Shown here: positions 35,577 through 45,802 of the stretch, one piece after another | How positions within the stretch are numbered: the stretch's first letter is position 1 | Layout: each line of letters starts with the position of its first letter | NCBI RefSeq assembly: GCF_048403405.1 | Contig: NZ_CP183129.1 | Reading direction: 5' to 3' (one strand) | From: Escherichia coli | GTDB lineage: Bacteria; Pseudomonadota; Gammaproteobacteria; Enterobacterales; Enterobacteriaceae | Length of the DNA: 64,000 bases | Notes under the pieces: generated by a model | Told to the model about the DNA's origin: nothing | Databases searched by the model: none | Seen by the model: only the letters and a program-made list of their open reading frames with translations | Program-made: the position numbers and the translations under genes

Positions 35577-36335
35577 CTACAAAATCGTCTCTTCCGTCAA
35601 AATCCTGCGCGCGCCTAAAAAATGATCCTGCCAGAAAGGTTCAGCTAACCGACTTACCCGAATGGTTTCCCCGGTGCGCGGCGACTCAATAAACTGTCCA
35701 TCGCCCAGATACACGCCCATATGGTCGGCAATCTCGCGGCTGTGGATATGAAAAAACAGCAAATCTCCCCGGCGCAGGTCGTTATTCGCCACAATGGTTG
35801 CCCGGCGAAAGTGATACATCTCATTAGCCGTGCGTGGGAGCTTCGCCTCGAGGATCTTGTTGTAGGCATAAAAAACCAACCCGCTACAGTCGAAGCCTTG
35901 ATCGGGCCGCGTGCCGCCCCAGACGTAAGGCTTGCCAAGCTGCTGCTCCAGGCGGTGAATCGCCACTTCGGTGATGTTGTGTAGATGGTCGCTGCTTAAG
36001 AAATGGTTGTTCTCCGCCAGCGCCTGCCAGCGTCTGTCACTTGCCTTGAGCGGCGCAGGAAACCATTCTGGATGCTGTTTTATCTGTTCGCGGTTGTGCT
36101 GGCGCAGCGCCTTTCTGCTTTCGGCATTGCCTTCCACAATATAGCTGGCCTGTTTTTTCAGATGGGTTTGGTACTGTTTTAATAAACGCGCACGGTTTTG
36201 CATCCGCTGGCGGGCGGCGTAGCTGAAAGAGATATGTGATGTGGTGGCGCTGGCGAGTAAAGGGAGCAAAACGCATAACGAAAACACGCCTGGATGCAGA
36301 AATCTGCCGAGCAAGAACGAAGACATGAAGGACAT
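35577..36335 (-). CDS. yafL: NlpC/P60-family putative peptidoglycan endopeptidase lipoprotein YafL
   Basis: C-terminal NlpC/P60 motifs (GFDCSGLVFYAY, ...DHMGVYLGDGQFIESP). Confidence 0.85.
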   Translation of the reverse strand: MSFMSSFLLGRFLHPGVFSLCVLLPLLASATTSHISFSYAARQRMQNRARLLKQYQTHLKKQASYIVEGNAESRKALRQHNREQIKQHPEWFPAPLKASDRRWQALAENNHFLSSDHLHNITEVAIHRLEQQLGKPYVWGGTRPDQGFDCSGLVFYAYNKILEAKLPRTANEMYHFRRATIVANNDLRRGDLLFFHIHSREIADHMGVYLGDGQFIESPRTGETIRVSRLAEPFWQDHFLGARRILTEETIL

Positions 36336-36626
36336 AAACCGGCTGAATGAAGGTGAGAATTTTAAAAGACCAGAGGAGTAAACGGGATTATTAATTGCTT
36401 ATTTGCATATTACTATTGAGGTTTCATAATCTTAGGAAATAAATGATACATGCGCTTTTCGGACTATTGAAAACTGCCCCTGTGCTAAATTTGTAAACCC
36501 TGCGCCGACAGGCTTGCGTAAAACTCTTTTGGTGATAATGTGAGCCTTCCCAATCCAGACTATTCCGATTTGGGATCCATTTTGCCGTCCTGGCGTGTGT
36601 AACCGTTTTATCAAGGAATAAGCAGT

Positions 36627-37367
36627 ATGCGTAAAATCGCATTAATTCTTGCGATGTTGTTGATCCCGTGCGTTTCGTTTGCCGGTTTGCTGGGCAGCAG
36701 TAGCTCGACCACGCCAGTGAGCAAAGAGTATAAGCAGCAGTTGATGGGATCCCCTGTCTACATCCAGATCTTCAAGGAAGAACGTACACTCGATCTCTAC
36801 GTCAAAATGGGCGAGCAATATCAACTGCTCGACAGCTATAAAATCTGTAAATATTCCGGCGGCTTAGGGCCAAAACAGCGTCAGGGCGATTTCAAAAGCC
36901 CGGAAGGGTTTTATAGCGTCCAGCGTAATCAGTTAAAACCAGACAGCCGTTACTACAAAGCGATTAATATTGGATTCCCCAATGCCTATGACCGTGCGCA
37001 TGGTTATGAAGGGAAATATCTGATGATCCACGGCGATTGTGTTTCCATCGGCTGCTACGCGATGACCAATCAGGGTATTGATGAGATCTTCCAGTTCGTT
37101 ACTGGTGCGCTGGTTTTTGGTCAGCCGAGCGTGCAAGTGAGTATTTACCCGTTCCGCATGACCGACGCCAATATGAAGCGCCATAAATATTCCAACTTTA
37201 AGGACTTCTGGGAGCAACTGAAGCCGGGCTACGACTACTTTGAGCAAACCCGTAAGCCACCGACCGTTTCTGTGGTCAATGGCCGTTACGTGGTCAGCAA
37301 GCCGTTAAGCCACGAAGTTGTGCAACCACAGCTGGCATCAAACTACACGCTCCCCGAGGCAAAATAA
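36627..37367 (+). CDS. yafK: L,D-transpeptidase-like protein YafK (LdtF/DpaA)
   Basis: 246-aa secreted protein with YkuD-like [12 protein letters not shown] motif. Confidence 0.9.
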   Translation: MRKIALILAMLLIPCVSFAGLLGSSSSTTPVSKEYKQQLMGSPVYIQIFKEERTLDLYVKMGEQYQLLDSYKICKYSGGLGPKQRQGDFKSPEGFYSVQRNQLKPDSRYYKAINIGFPNAYDRAHGYEGKYLMIHGDCVSIGCYAMTNQGIDEIFQFVTGALVFGQPSVQVSIYPFRMTDANMKRHKYSNFKDFWEQLKPGYDYFEQTRKPPTVSVVNGRYVVSKPLSHEVVQPQLASNYTLPEAK

Positions 37368-38105
37368 GCGCCATTCGCCTGGCATAATCTTTTGCCAGGT
37401 TTCATTGCCCGTCAGCGGCTGTGTCGCAATCACCGTGACCACATCATTCGGTGTGGTCTGCGAGCTGAAGTCGATTTCCACATCCTGATCCAGCAACGTT
37501 GCCACGCCAAACGGCGCGCGGCGGGTGATCCAGTGTAAATTAGTCGAGCAATACGCCATTACATAGCGCCCGTCAGAAAGCAGCATGTTGAAAACGCCCT
37601 TCTGCCGCAGTTCATCCGCCAGTGAGGCGATATATTTAAACACTGCCGCCATGTTGCCCGGTGTGCGCGGGTAACGCTGCGTTAATTTATGCAGGAGCCA
37701 GCAGAAGGCTTTTTCGCTGTCGGTTTCACCGACCGGGCGGAAGTTGCCGGTTTCCAGTGATTTATAGCCCGTCAGTTGCCCATTATGGGCATAAGTCCAG
37801 TTACGCCCCCATAACTCGCGGGTAAACGGGTGAGTATTTTCCAGCGCCACCTCGCCCCGATTCGCCTGGCGAATATGAGCCACCACCGAACAGGATTTTA
37901 TCGGGTAGTCCTGGACAAGTTTGGCGATGGGGGAATTAAAGCTGGGTTGCGGATCTTTAAATGTGCGACAGCCTTTACCTTCGTAAAAGGTAATGCCCCA
38001 GCCATCTTTATGTGGCCCGGTTCCACCACCACGCTGTACAAGTCCGGTGAAACTAAAGCAGATATCGGTAGGGACGTTGGCGCTCATCCCGAGCAATTCG
38101 CACAT
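37338..38105 (-). CDS. yafJ: Class II glutamine amidotransferase YafJ
   Basis: Start [19 protein letters not shown] (N-terminal Cys nucleophile after Met). Confidence 0.9.
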   Translation of the reverse strand: MCELLGMSANVPTDICFSFTGLVQRGGGTGPHKDGWGITFYEGKGCRTFKDPQPSFNSPIAKLVQDYPIKSCSVVAHIRQANRGEVALENTHPFTRELWGRNWTYAHNGQLTGYKSLETGNFRPVGETDSEKAFCWLLHKLTQRYPRTPGNMAAVFKYIASLADELRQKGVFNMLLSDGRYVMAYCSTNLHWITRRAPFGVATLLDQDVEIDFSSQTTPNDVVTVIATQPLTGNETWQKIMPGEWRLFCLGERVV

Positions 38106-38209
38106 AGGTAACCTCCACAACAGCGGGAGCGCATGGCCCCCGGCGAAGATTGATTTAAGTATTTTCAGGTCGGATGCGGCGTAAACGCATTATTCGGCCT
38201 ACGCCAGAC

Positions 38210-38788
38210 TTACTTAACCATCTCTTTTTCAATTAACTGGATCAGGATATGGATCACTTTAATGTGGATCTCCTGAATGCGGTCGGCATAACCAAAGTGC
38301 GGTACGCGAATTTCGATATCCGCTGTGCCAGCCATTTTACCGCCGTCTTTACCGGTCAGGGTGATCACTTTCATCCCCTTCTCACGCGCCGCCGCGATCG
38401 CTTTGATCACGTTTGCAGAGTTACCGGAGGTGGAGATCCCCAGTAGTACATCGCCTTCGCGACCTACCGCTTCAACGTAACGGGAGAAAATATCGTTGAA
38501 ACCAAAATCGTTACCGACGCAGGAAATATGACTAACGTCAGAAATGGCAATCGCCGGATAGCCCGGACGGTTTTCACGGTAGCGCCCCGTCAACTCTTCG
38601 GCAAAGTGCATAGCGTCGCAATGGGAGCCGCCGTTGCCACAGGAAAGCACTTTGCCACCAGCTTTAAAACTGTCTGCTAACAGGACCGCCGCGCGCTGAA
38701 TGGCGTGAATATTGGCGTCATCTTTTAAAAAGTTAGCCAGCGTTTCCGCCGCTTCGTTCAGTTCGTTACGAATAAGATCCTGGTACAT
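38210..38788 (-). CDS. gmhA: Sedoheptulose-7-phosphate isomerase (phosphoheptose isomerase)
   Basis: Start [21 protein letters not shown]; 192 aa; SIS domain. Confidence 0.95.
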
Positions 38789-39027
38789 GAGGATATCCTT
38801 CAGCATAAATGTAATAGACAAAATGCAGTGTACCGGATACCGCCAAAAGCGAGAAGTACGGGCAGGTGCTATGACCAGGACTTTTTGACCTGAAGTGCGG
38901 ATAAAAACAGCAACAATGTGAGCTTTGTTGTAATTATATTGTAAACACATTGCTAAATATTTTTACATCCACTACAACCATATCATCACAAGTGGTCAGA
39001 CCTCCTACAAGTAAGGGGCTTTTCGTT

Positions 39028-41472
39028 ATGATGATTTTGAGTATTCTCGCTACGGTTGTCCTGCTCGGCGCGTTGTTCTATCACCGCGTGAGCTTATTTA
39101 TCAGCAGTCTGATTTTGCTCGCCTGGACAGCCGCCCTCGGCGTTGCTGGTCTGTGGTCGGCGTGGGTACTGGTGCCGCTGGCCATTATCCTCGTGCCGTT
39201 TAACTTTGCACCTATGCGTAAGTCGATGATTTCCGCGCCGGTATTTCGCGGTTTCCGTAAGGTGATGCCGCCGATGTCGCGCACTGAGAAAGAAGCGATT
39301 GATGCGGGCACCACCTGGTGGGAGGGCGACTTGTTCCAGGGCAAGCCGGACTGGAAAAAGCTGCATAACTATCCGCAGCCGCGCCTGACCGCCGAAGAGC
39401 AAGCGTTTCTCGACGGCCCGGTAGAAGAAGCCTGCCGGATGGCGAATGATTTCCAGATCACCCATGAGCTGGCGGATCTGCCGCCGGAGTTGTGGGCGTA
39501 CCTTAAAGAGCATCGTTTCTTCGCGATGATTATCAAAAAAGAGTACGGCGGGCTGGAGTTCTCGGCTTATGCCCAGTCTCGCGTGCTGCAAAAACTCTCC
39601 GGCGTGAGCGGGATCCTGGCGATTACCGTCGGCGTGCCAAACTCATTAGGCCCGGGCGAGCTGCTGCAACATTACGGCACTGACGAGCAGAAAAATCACT
39701 ATCTGCCGCGTCTGGCGCGTGGTCAGGAGATCCCTTGCTTTGCACTGACAAGCCCCGAAGCGGGTTCCGATGCGGGCGCGATTCCGGACACCGGGATTGT
39801 CTGCATGGGCGAATGGCAGGGCCAGCAGGTGCTGGGCATGCGTCTGACCTGGAACAAGCGTTACATTACGCTGGCACCGATTGCGACTGTGCTTGGCCTG
39901 GCGTTTAAACTCTCCGACCCGGAAAAACTGCTGGGTGGCGCAGAAGATTTAGGTATTACCTGTGCGCTGATCCCGACCACCACGCCGGGCGTGGAAATTG
40001 GTCGTCGCCATTTCCCGCTGAACGTACCGTTCCAGAACGGACCGACGCGCGGTAAAGATGTCTTCGTACCGATCGATTACATTATCGGCGGACCAAAAAT
40101 GGCCGGGCAAGGCTGGCGGATGCTGGTGGAGTGCCTCTCGGTAGGCCGCGGCATCACCCTGCCTTCCAACTCAACCGGCGGTGTGAAATCGGTAGCGCTG
40201 GCAACGGGCGCGTATGCGCACATTCGCCGTCAGTTCAAAATTTCTATTGGTAAGATGGAAGGGATTGAAGAGCCGCTGGCGCGTATTGCCGGTAATGCCT
40301 ATGTGATGGATGCTGCGGCATCGCTGATTACCTACGGCATTATGCTCGGTGAAAAACCTGCCGTGCTGTCGGCTATCGTTAAGTATCACTGTACCCACCG
40401 CGGGCAGCAGTCGATTATTGATGCGATGGATATTACCGGCGGTAAAGGCATTATGCTCGGGCAAAGCAACTTCCTGGCGCGTGCTTACCAGGGCGCACCG
40501 ATTGCCATCACCGTTGAAGGGGCTAACATTCTGACCCGCAGCATGATGATCTTCGGACAAGGAGCGATTCGTTGCCATCCGTACGTGCTGGAAGAGATGG
40601 AAGCGGCGAAGAACAATGACGTTAACGCGTTCGATAAACTGCTGTTCAAACATATCGGTCACGTCGGCAGTAACAAAGTTCGCAGCTTCTGGCTGGGCCT
40701 GACGCGCGGTTTAACCAGCAGCACGCCAACCGGCGATGCCACTAAACGCTACTATCAGCACCTGAACCGCCTGAGCGCCAACCTCGCCCTGCTTTCTGAT
40801 GTCTCGATGGCTGTGCTGGGCGGCAGCCTGAAACGTCGTGAGCGTATCTCGGCCCGCCTGGGGGATATTTTAAGCCAGCTTTACCTCGCCTCTGCCGTTC
40901 TGAAGCGTTATGACGACGAAGGCCGTAATGAAGCCGATCTGCCGCTGGTGCACTGGGGCGTACAGGATGCGCTGTATAAGGCTGAACAGGCGATGGACGA
41001 TTTACTGCAAAACTTCCCGAACCGCGTGGTTGCCGGGCTGCTGAATGTAGTGATCTTCCCGACCGGACGTCATTATCTGGCACCGTCTGACAAGCTGGAT
41101 CATAAAGTGGCGAAGATTTTACAAGTGCCGAACGCCACCCGTTCCCGCATTGGTCGCGGTCAGTACCTGACGCCGAGCGAGCATAATCCGGTTGGCTTGC
41201 TGGAAGAGGCGCTGGTGGATGTGATTGCCGCCGACCCAATTCATCAGCGGATCTGTAAAGAGCTGGGTAAAAACCTGCCGTTTACCCGTCTGGATGAACT
41301 GGCGCATAACGCGCTGGCGAAGGGGCTGATTGATAAAGATGAAGCCGCTATTCTGGTGAAAGCTGAAGAAAGCCGTCTGCGCAGTATTAACGTTGATGAC
41401 TTTGATCCGGAAGAGCTGGCGACGAAGCCGGTAAAGTTGCCGGATAAAGTGCGGAAAGTTGAAGCCGCGTAA
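39028..41472 (+). CDS. fadE: Acyl-CoA dehydrogenase FadE
   Basis: 814 aa from [24 protein letters not shown]... Confidence 0.95.
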   Translation: MMILSILATVVLLGALFYHRVSLFISSLILLAWTAALGVAGLWSAWVLVPLAIILVPFNFAPMRKSMISAPVFRGFRKVMPPMSRTEKEAIDAGTTWWEGDLFQGKPDWKKLHNYPQPRLTAEEQAFLDGPVEEACRMANDFQITHELADLPPELWAYLKEHRFFAMIIKKEYGGLEFSAYAQSRVLQKLSGVSGILAITVGVPNSLGPGELLQHYGTDEQKNHYLPRLARGQEIPCFALTSPEAGSDAGAIPDTGIVCMGEWQGQQVLGMRLTWNKRYITLAPIATVLGLAFKLSDPEKLLGGAEDLGITCALIPTTTPGVEIGRRHFPLNVPFQNGPTRGKDVFVPIDYIIGGPKMAGQGWRMLVECLSVGRGITLPSNSTGGVKSVALATGAYAHIRRQFKISIGKMEGIEEPLARIAGNAYVMDAAASLITYGIMLGEKPAVLSAIVKYHCTHRGQQSIIDAMDITGGKGIMLGQSNFLARAYQGAPIAITVEGANILTRSMMIFGQGAIRCHPYVLEEMEAAKNNDVNAFDKLLFKHIGHVGSNKVRSFWLGLTRGLTSSTPTGDATKRYYQHLNRLSANLALLSDVSMAVLGGSLKRRERISARLGDILSQLYLASAVLKRYDDEGRNEADLPLVHWGVQDALYKAEQAMDDLLQNFPNRVVAGLLNVVIFPTGRHYLAPSDKLDHKVAKILQVPNATRSRIGRGQYLTPSEHNPVGLLEEALVDVIAADPIHQRICKELGKNLPFTRLDELAHNALAKGLIDKDEAAILVKAEESRLRSINVDDFDPEELATKPVKLPDKVRKVEAA

Positions 41473-41480
41473 TTGAATAA

Positions 41481-41505
41481 CGGAGCCGAAAGGCTCCGTT
41501 TCTTT
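41481..41505. terminator. Putative bidirectional terminator between fadE and ivy
   Basis: cggagcc-gaaa-ggctccg hairpin followed by tttcttt, preceded by an A-rich run. Confidence 0.5.
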
Positions 41506-41514
41506 ATCCGCTAA

Positions 41515-41988
41515 TTATTTAAAATTAAAGCCATCCGGATGGTTTTCCAGGCTGCCGGTCAACGCCGCGAACAGCACCGTTTTACCATCAATCGAAAGCG
41601 CATCGTTCACATTCAGCCAGGTGAGTTTCTCTTGCGACGTTTTCTCATCAATAGTCGAGAACAGCCCCGTCATCTGATTAGATTTCTCGGACCACATCAC
41701 AGCGATACGTTGCGAGCCACAGTCATGCGGTTTGCACGCGCTCATCACCTGATACGTCTCATCTCCCAACGTTACGGTTTGTGCGGGAGTATAAGTACCG
41801 CCTTTCATCACCCATGCAGGTAGCTTATGCCCTTGCACCATCTGATTAAACGCAGCTTTGGTGGTTTCGCCCTTTGCAAGGCTGCTAATGGTTAAATCAT
41901 CCTGCGCCATTGCACTGGTGGCGATGACCAGAGCGGCGACTGTCGTTATTGCCTTAAACATCATTCCTCCCGAGCTTATCCTGCCCAT
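41515..41988 (-). CDS. ivy: Inhibitor of vertebrate lysozyme Ivy
   Basis: 157-aa secreted protein with CKPHDCG motif. Confidence 0.9.
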   Translation of the reverse strand: MGRISSGGMMFKAITTVAALVIATSAMAQDDLTISSLAKGETTKAAFNQMVQGHKLPAWVMKGGTYTPAQTVTLGDETYQVMSACKPHDCGSQRIAVMWSEKSNQMTGLFSTIDEKTSQEKLTWLNVNDALSIDGKTVLFAALTGSLENHPDGFNFK

Positions 41989-42141
41989 GTTATTAACCTC
42001 CTAAAGCCTGGCGATAACACGATAATTTGCAAATCAGATATTTCCAATATCAGCATTTGTTATCAATTTATTCTGCGCTAAGGCAACTGCCTGATAAGGT
42101 GTTAGAGTTATAAAACCCTTCGCATAAAGGAGTTGTACACC

Positions 42142-42912
42142 GTGTCTGGTTTGAAGATTACGCTTTTACAGCAACCACTGGTGTGGATGGATGGTCCTGC
42201 CAACCTGCGTCATTTTGATCGTCAACTGGAAGGTATTACCGGACGCGATGTGATCGTTCTACCGGAGATGTTTACCAGCGGCTTTGCCATGGAAGCGGCA
42301 GCTTCGTCGCTAGCACAAGATGACGTAGTGAACTGGATGACAGCCAAAGTGCAGCAGTGCAATGCGCTGATTGCAGGCAGTGTTGCATTACAAACGGAGT
42401 CTGGTTCGGTTAACCGCTTTTTGCTGGTTGAGCCGGGCGGCACGGTACATTTTTATGATAAGCGTCATCTGTTCCGCATGGCAGATGAGCATCTACATTA
42501 TAAAGCGGGCAATGCGCGAGTGATTGTGGAATGGCGCGGCTGGCGTATTTTGCCGCTGGTGTGCTACGACTTACGTTTTCCTGTGTGGTCGCGCAATCTC
42601 AACGATTATGACCTCGCCCTATACGTCGCCAACTGGCCTGCTCCGCGCTCTCTGCACTGGCAGGCATTGCTGACGGCCCGCGCGATTGAGAATCAGGCGT
42701 ATGTGGCGGGATGCAATCGCGTCGGCAGCGATGGCAACGGCTGCCATTATCGCGGTGACAGCCGGGTGATTAATCCACAGGGCGAGATTATCGCTACTGC
42801 CGACGCGCATCAGGCAACGCGCATTGATGCGGAGCTGTCGATGGTGGCGTTGCGGGAATATAGAGAAAAGTTTCCGGCATGGCGGGATGCGGATGAGTTT
42901 AGGTTGTGGTGA
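42142..42912 (+). CDS. yafV: Nitrilase-superfamily omega-amidase YafV
   Basis: GTG start giving VSGLKITLLQQPLVWMDGPANLRHF...; catalytic Cys region LPLVCYDLRFP. Confidence 0.88.
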   Translation: MSGLKITLLQQPLVWMDGPANLRHFDRQLEGITGRDVIVLPEMFTSGFAMEAAASSLAQDDVVNWMTAKVQQCNALIAGSVALQTESGSVNRFLLVEPGGTVHFYDKRHLFRMADEHLHYKAGNARVIVEWRGWRILPLVCYDLRFPVWSRNLNDYDLALYVANWPAPRSLHWQALLTARAIENQAYVAGCNRVGSDGNGCHYRGDSRVINPQGEIIATADAHQATRIDAELSMVALREYREKFPAWRDADEFRLW

Positions 42913-42950
42913 GTGGGTGTTGTGTTTAGGGGCGGGGTAAGACTACGGGT

Positions 42951-42973
42951 CAGGGCAAGATTACGAAAGCCCG
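42951..42973 (+). repeat. 23-bp direct repeat, copy 1 (cagggcaagattacgaaagcccg)
   Basis: Matches 43327-43349 with one mismatch. Confidence 0.6.
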
Positions 42974-42974
42974 G

Positions 42975-43326
42975 AGCCTGTCCATCATTCTGTGTAAATG
43001 CCTTTCTCAGAAGTGACCGTCAAGGCGGTCACCGAACTCGATAATAAAGCGACTCATCCCTATCCGCCAGTCCTGAAGTGGCATCGTCCATTTTTGCGAC
43101 GCTGACTGGAAAGCCAGCCACACCACTTTTTTCACCGACTCATCTGTCGGGAACACTTTCCGTTTCTTTATCGCATGTGTGATGATGCTATTCAGCGATT
43201 CGATTGCGTTAGTGGTGTAGATAACCTTGCGGATCGCCTCCGGGTACACGAAGAATGTGGCAACATTCGGCCAGTTTGCCCGCCAGCTGCGACTTATCTG
43301 CGGGTACCGTGCATCCCATTCCTTCC
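42975..43326 (-). mobile_element. IS256-family transposase gene fragment (3' end only)
   Basis: Minus-strand translation ...YPEAIRKVIYTTNAIESLNSIITHAIKKRKVFPTDESVKKVVWLAFQSASQKWTMPLQDWRIGMSRFIIEFGDRL, a typical IS256-family C-terminus. Confidence 0.6.
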
Positions 43327-43349
43327 CAGGGAAAGATTACGAAAGCCCG
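43327..43349 (+). repeat. 23-bp direct repeat, copy 2 (cagggaaagattacgaaagcccg)
   Basis: Overlaps the 3' end of the ISAs1 transposase gene. Confidence 0.6.
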
Positions 43350-44458
43350 CTCCCCGCAAGGACTGACGCCAGATAGTTTCTGTCCATGGCTGCTTTTCGC
43401 ATCTTACGTCTTAACCCTGCCTTGAATACCTTATCATTCGTCAAAATATTAATAGCGATGTGCCGTATCCCTGAAAATAATTCTGCTGCGTTTCCTCTTC
43501 TTATTTTGCAGTCGTCTTCATTCATTACCACGTCCAGACGCCAGTGCAGCTTATTCTCCACGTGCCAGTGGTTTCGGATTGCTGTGGCGAACTTCTCTGC
43601 GGTTAAATCAGCAGAACTAATATAATATCTGACCGTCATTTCTGGCTCTTTCTTTTGTTCTGCTATTATTGACCGAAAGGAGACTGCCACGCATAATTTC
43701 TTCAGACCTTTCCATTCAAACGTGAAATCAATAAGTTCATCAGGGACATCGCAAACAATGTGAAGACGGATTTCTTCTCTGCCGTGACTCTTTTCACTCA
43801 TTGCGTAACTGTCATGCTCTGGATTATTTAATTCTTTCAGCGGAAATTTTTCCTCGAAGGCTTTATTTAGCCGCCCCTGGTTTCCTTTTACAGCGAATAA
43901 ATAATCACCTCCCTGTTTTTGTATCTTCTCTGCAATATCTTTCTGGCAACCCATCGCATCAGTTGTGATGATTTTTCCTTTAATATCCAGCATGTTAAGA
44001 AGTTCTGGGATAGCTGTAATTTCATTGGATTTCTCATCCGTCCTGATCTGTCCGATGACCAGACTGTGCATTGTTGAGAACGCACTAATGACATGAATCG
44101 CTCCCTTGCGGCGACTCTTGTCATAAGAATGCCGGAGTGTTTTTCCATCAATTGCGATGACGTCTTTATCATCTGAAGTATGGCAATCTCGCATCCAGTT
44201 AATAAAGCACTCGTGAAATTTTGCAGGACTGATACAGGATACAACTCTGGCGATGGTATCGTGAACAGGAATACCATTTTCAAAATCACCGTATTGTTTT
44301 AAAAAATCGAGATGTGTTTCCCCAAAATCCTCTATATCTTCCCAACCTTCCGCACCCGAAATAACGGCACAAATAGTCAACAGTAGAATATCCGATAATT
44401 TATGTTCCACTTTCCAGGCTTGTCTGTAATCGGGGATAATAGAAATATGCCCCATCAA
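43337..44458 (-). CDS. ISAs1-family transposase (Rhs-associated H-repeat protein)
   Basis: 373-aa [49 protein letters not shown]..., DDE-type; positioned downstream of the Rhs element. Confidence 0.85.
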   Translation of the reverse strand: MMGHISIIPDYRQAWKVEHKLSDILLLTICAVISGAEGWEDIEDFGETHLDFLKQYGDFENGIPVHDTIARVVSCISPAKFHECFINWMRDCHTSDDKDVIAIDGKTLRHSYDKSRRKGAIHVISAFSTMHSLVIGQIRTDEKSNEITAIPELLNMLDIKGKIITTDAMGCQKDIAEKIQKQGGDYLFAVKGNQGRLNKAFEEKFPLKELNNPEHDSYAMSEKSHGREEIRLHIVCDVPDELIDFTFEWKGLKKLCVAVSFRSIIAEQKKEPEMTVRYYISSADLTAEKFATAIRNHWHVENKLHWRLDVVMNEDDCKIRRGNAAELFSGIRHIAINILTNDKVFKAGLRRKMRKAAMDRNYLASVLAGSGLS

Positions 44459-44693
44459 TTTTTTAAGTTCTATTTTGTTCTCCTTAATTATGTAAGGAGT
44501 ATTTGATCATGTATAAGCAATAAAAAACAGCTTTAGGTAATGAGGAATATCTCAATTTTTAAACATAAAATGCGAATTATTTAGTACAAAAAAGCAGCGT
44601 TACGTGATCTTTCCCTGCACTTCACCCTAACTTTAATTTAACTTCAAGAAGTATTAAGGCCTCAATAGCGAACTTAATACTTCTTAAAGAATA

Positions 44694-45071
44694 TCACTCC
44701 TGACCAAAATCTTTCCACACTAATGCATGAGACTTTGATTTATCACCCAAAAATTTACTTACATCTTTCCAAAGTAAAGAATTGCTATCGGTCGCAGTGA
44801 CTATTGCCTCTATAAGCCCTGTAGCTACAACTGTGGCCAATTCATCATCAATCGAGACCATACCATCTTCGACATGTTTAAATATTTTTTCTCTTTCAAT
44901 ATCACCCATTTCATAAAAATTTTTTACAATCGTTTTTCCAATCTGAGAGAACAACATAACCACCGGTGGAGTTTCTGGATGCCAGTATTCATTAGCTAAT
45001 GAGACTGTCTCAGACAAAACAGTGGAAAACGATGCCATTTTTTCTATATAATTAGCAATATATTGGTTCAT
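44694..45071 (-). CDS. Putative Rhs toxin immunity protein (125 aa)
   Basis: Start codon overlaps the Rhs stop (TAATG on the minus strand); small cytoplasmic protein; AT-rich by eye like the toxin tip. Confidence 0.6.
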   Translation of the reverse strand: MNQYIANYIEKMASFSTVLSETVSLANEYWHPETPPVVMLFSQIGKTIVKNFYEMGDIEREKIFKHVEDGMVSIDDELATVVATGLIEAIVTATDSNSLLWKDVSKFLGDKSKSHALVWKDFGQE

Positions 45072-45802
45072 TACTTGCCTCCCAAAGCATTCTGTAAATC
45101 CTGAAGAACGTTTTCTGCTGCTGCTCGATCCCCTGGAGATGCTGTTGGATTCTTATCCAACCAATCCTGTAAAGCCCTTGTATAATCCTGTGCTTTCAAT
45201 ACATGTCCTCTACCACCAACTTTTTCACCTGTGGCCAATTCATAACGAACAGCATCTGCTGTGCTTCCACTTCCTACTTTTGCATTTGGCCGATAAAGAT
45301 CGTCTATAATATTTTTCAAATTTGAATCTGTAACGTCAGGTTTTCCCATCTTCTGTCGCAATTCATCTTTATACCGTTCATGCTGCATACGATCTCTTGC
45401 GCTATTCTCATCTTCTGGTCCCCATCCTCCCGGGCTTCCCGTACTGCCACCACCCAGGCAGTTCTTCTCTTCCTCCGTCAAATCCTTCCCGACATTTGGA
45501 TTCTCTTTTGATGAATCATCATTTCCAAACACGCTGGAAAAAGCACCATAGGGATCTCGCCAGAATTCCATTTGACTTTGTGCATTTAATAATTCGGCTT
45601 CACCCTGCATCTCCATACTTTTCTCAATCGCGTCCCCAACAGCCTCGCGATTGTTGTATATTATTATACCACCACCAATAACCACCGTACCGACTGCCGC
45701 ACCGACTAACATCCCCGGAGGGCCTCCTACCGAACCGATCTCTGTACCTACTTCAGAACCAGTTCCCATGGCAGTTAATGCTCCTGCGCCCAACGCCGCA
45801 CT
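45071..45802 (-). other. Rhs variable C-terminal toxin tip (about 243 aa after the DPLGL motif), family not assigned
   Basis: Begins with a Gly-rich hydrophobic stretch ([23 protein letters not shown]), then a charged domain (...[52 protein letters not shown]...). Confidence 0.55.

Noticed and set aside
36424-36642. 72-aa minus-strand ORF in the yafL-yafK spacer
   Set aside because: No resemblance to DinJ/YafQ or any family; lies in the yafK upstream region and is probably non-coding.
44646-44685. 12-bp perfect inverted repeat (aagaagtattaa ... ttaatacttctt) just downstream of the immunity gene
   Set aside because: Plausible terminator or IS-end structure, but no U-tract on the transcribed strand and it may be part of the adjacent ISAs1 element terminus; insufficient evidence to call.
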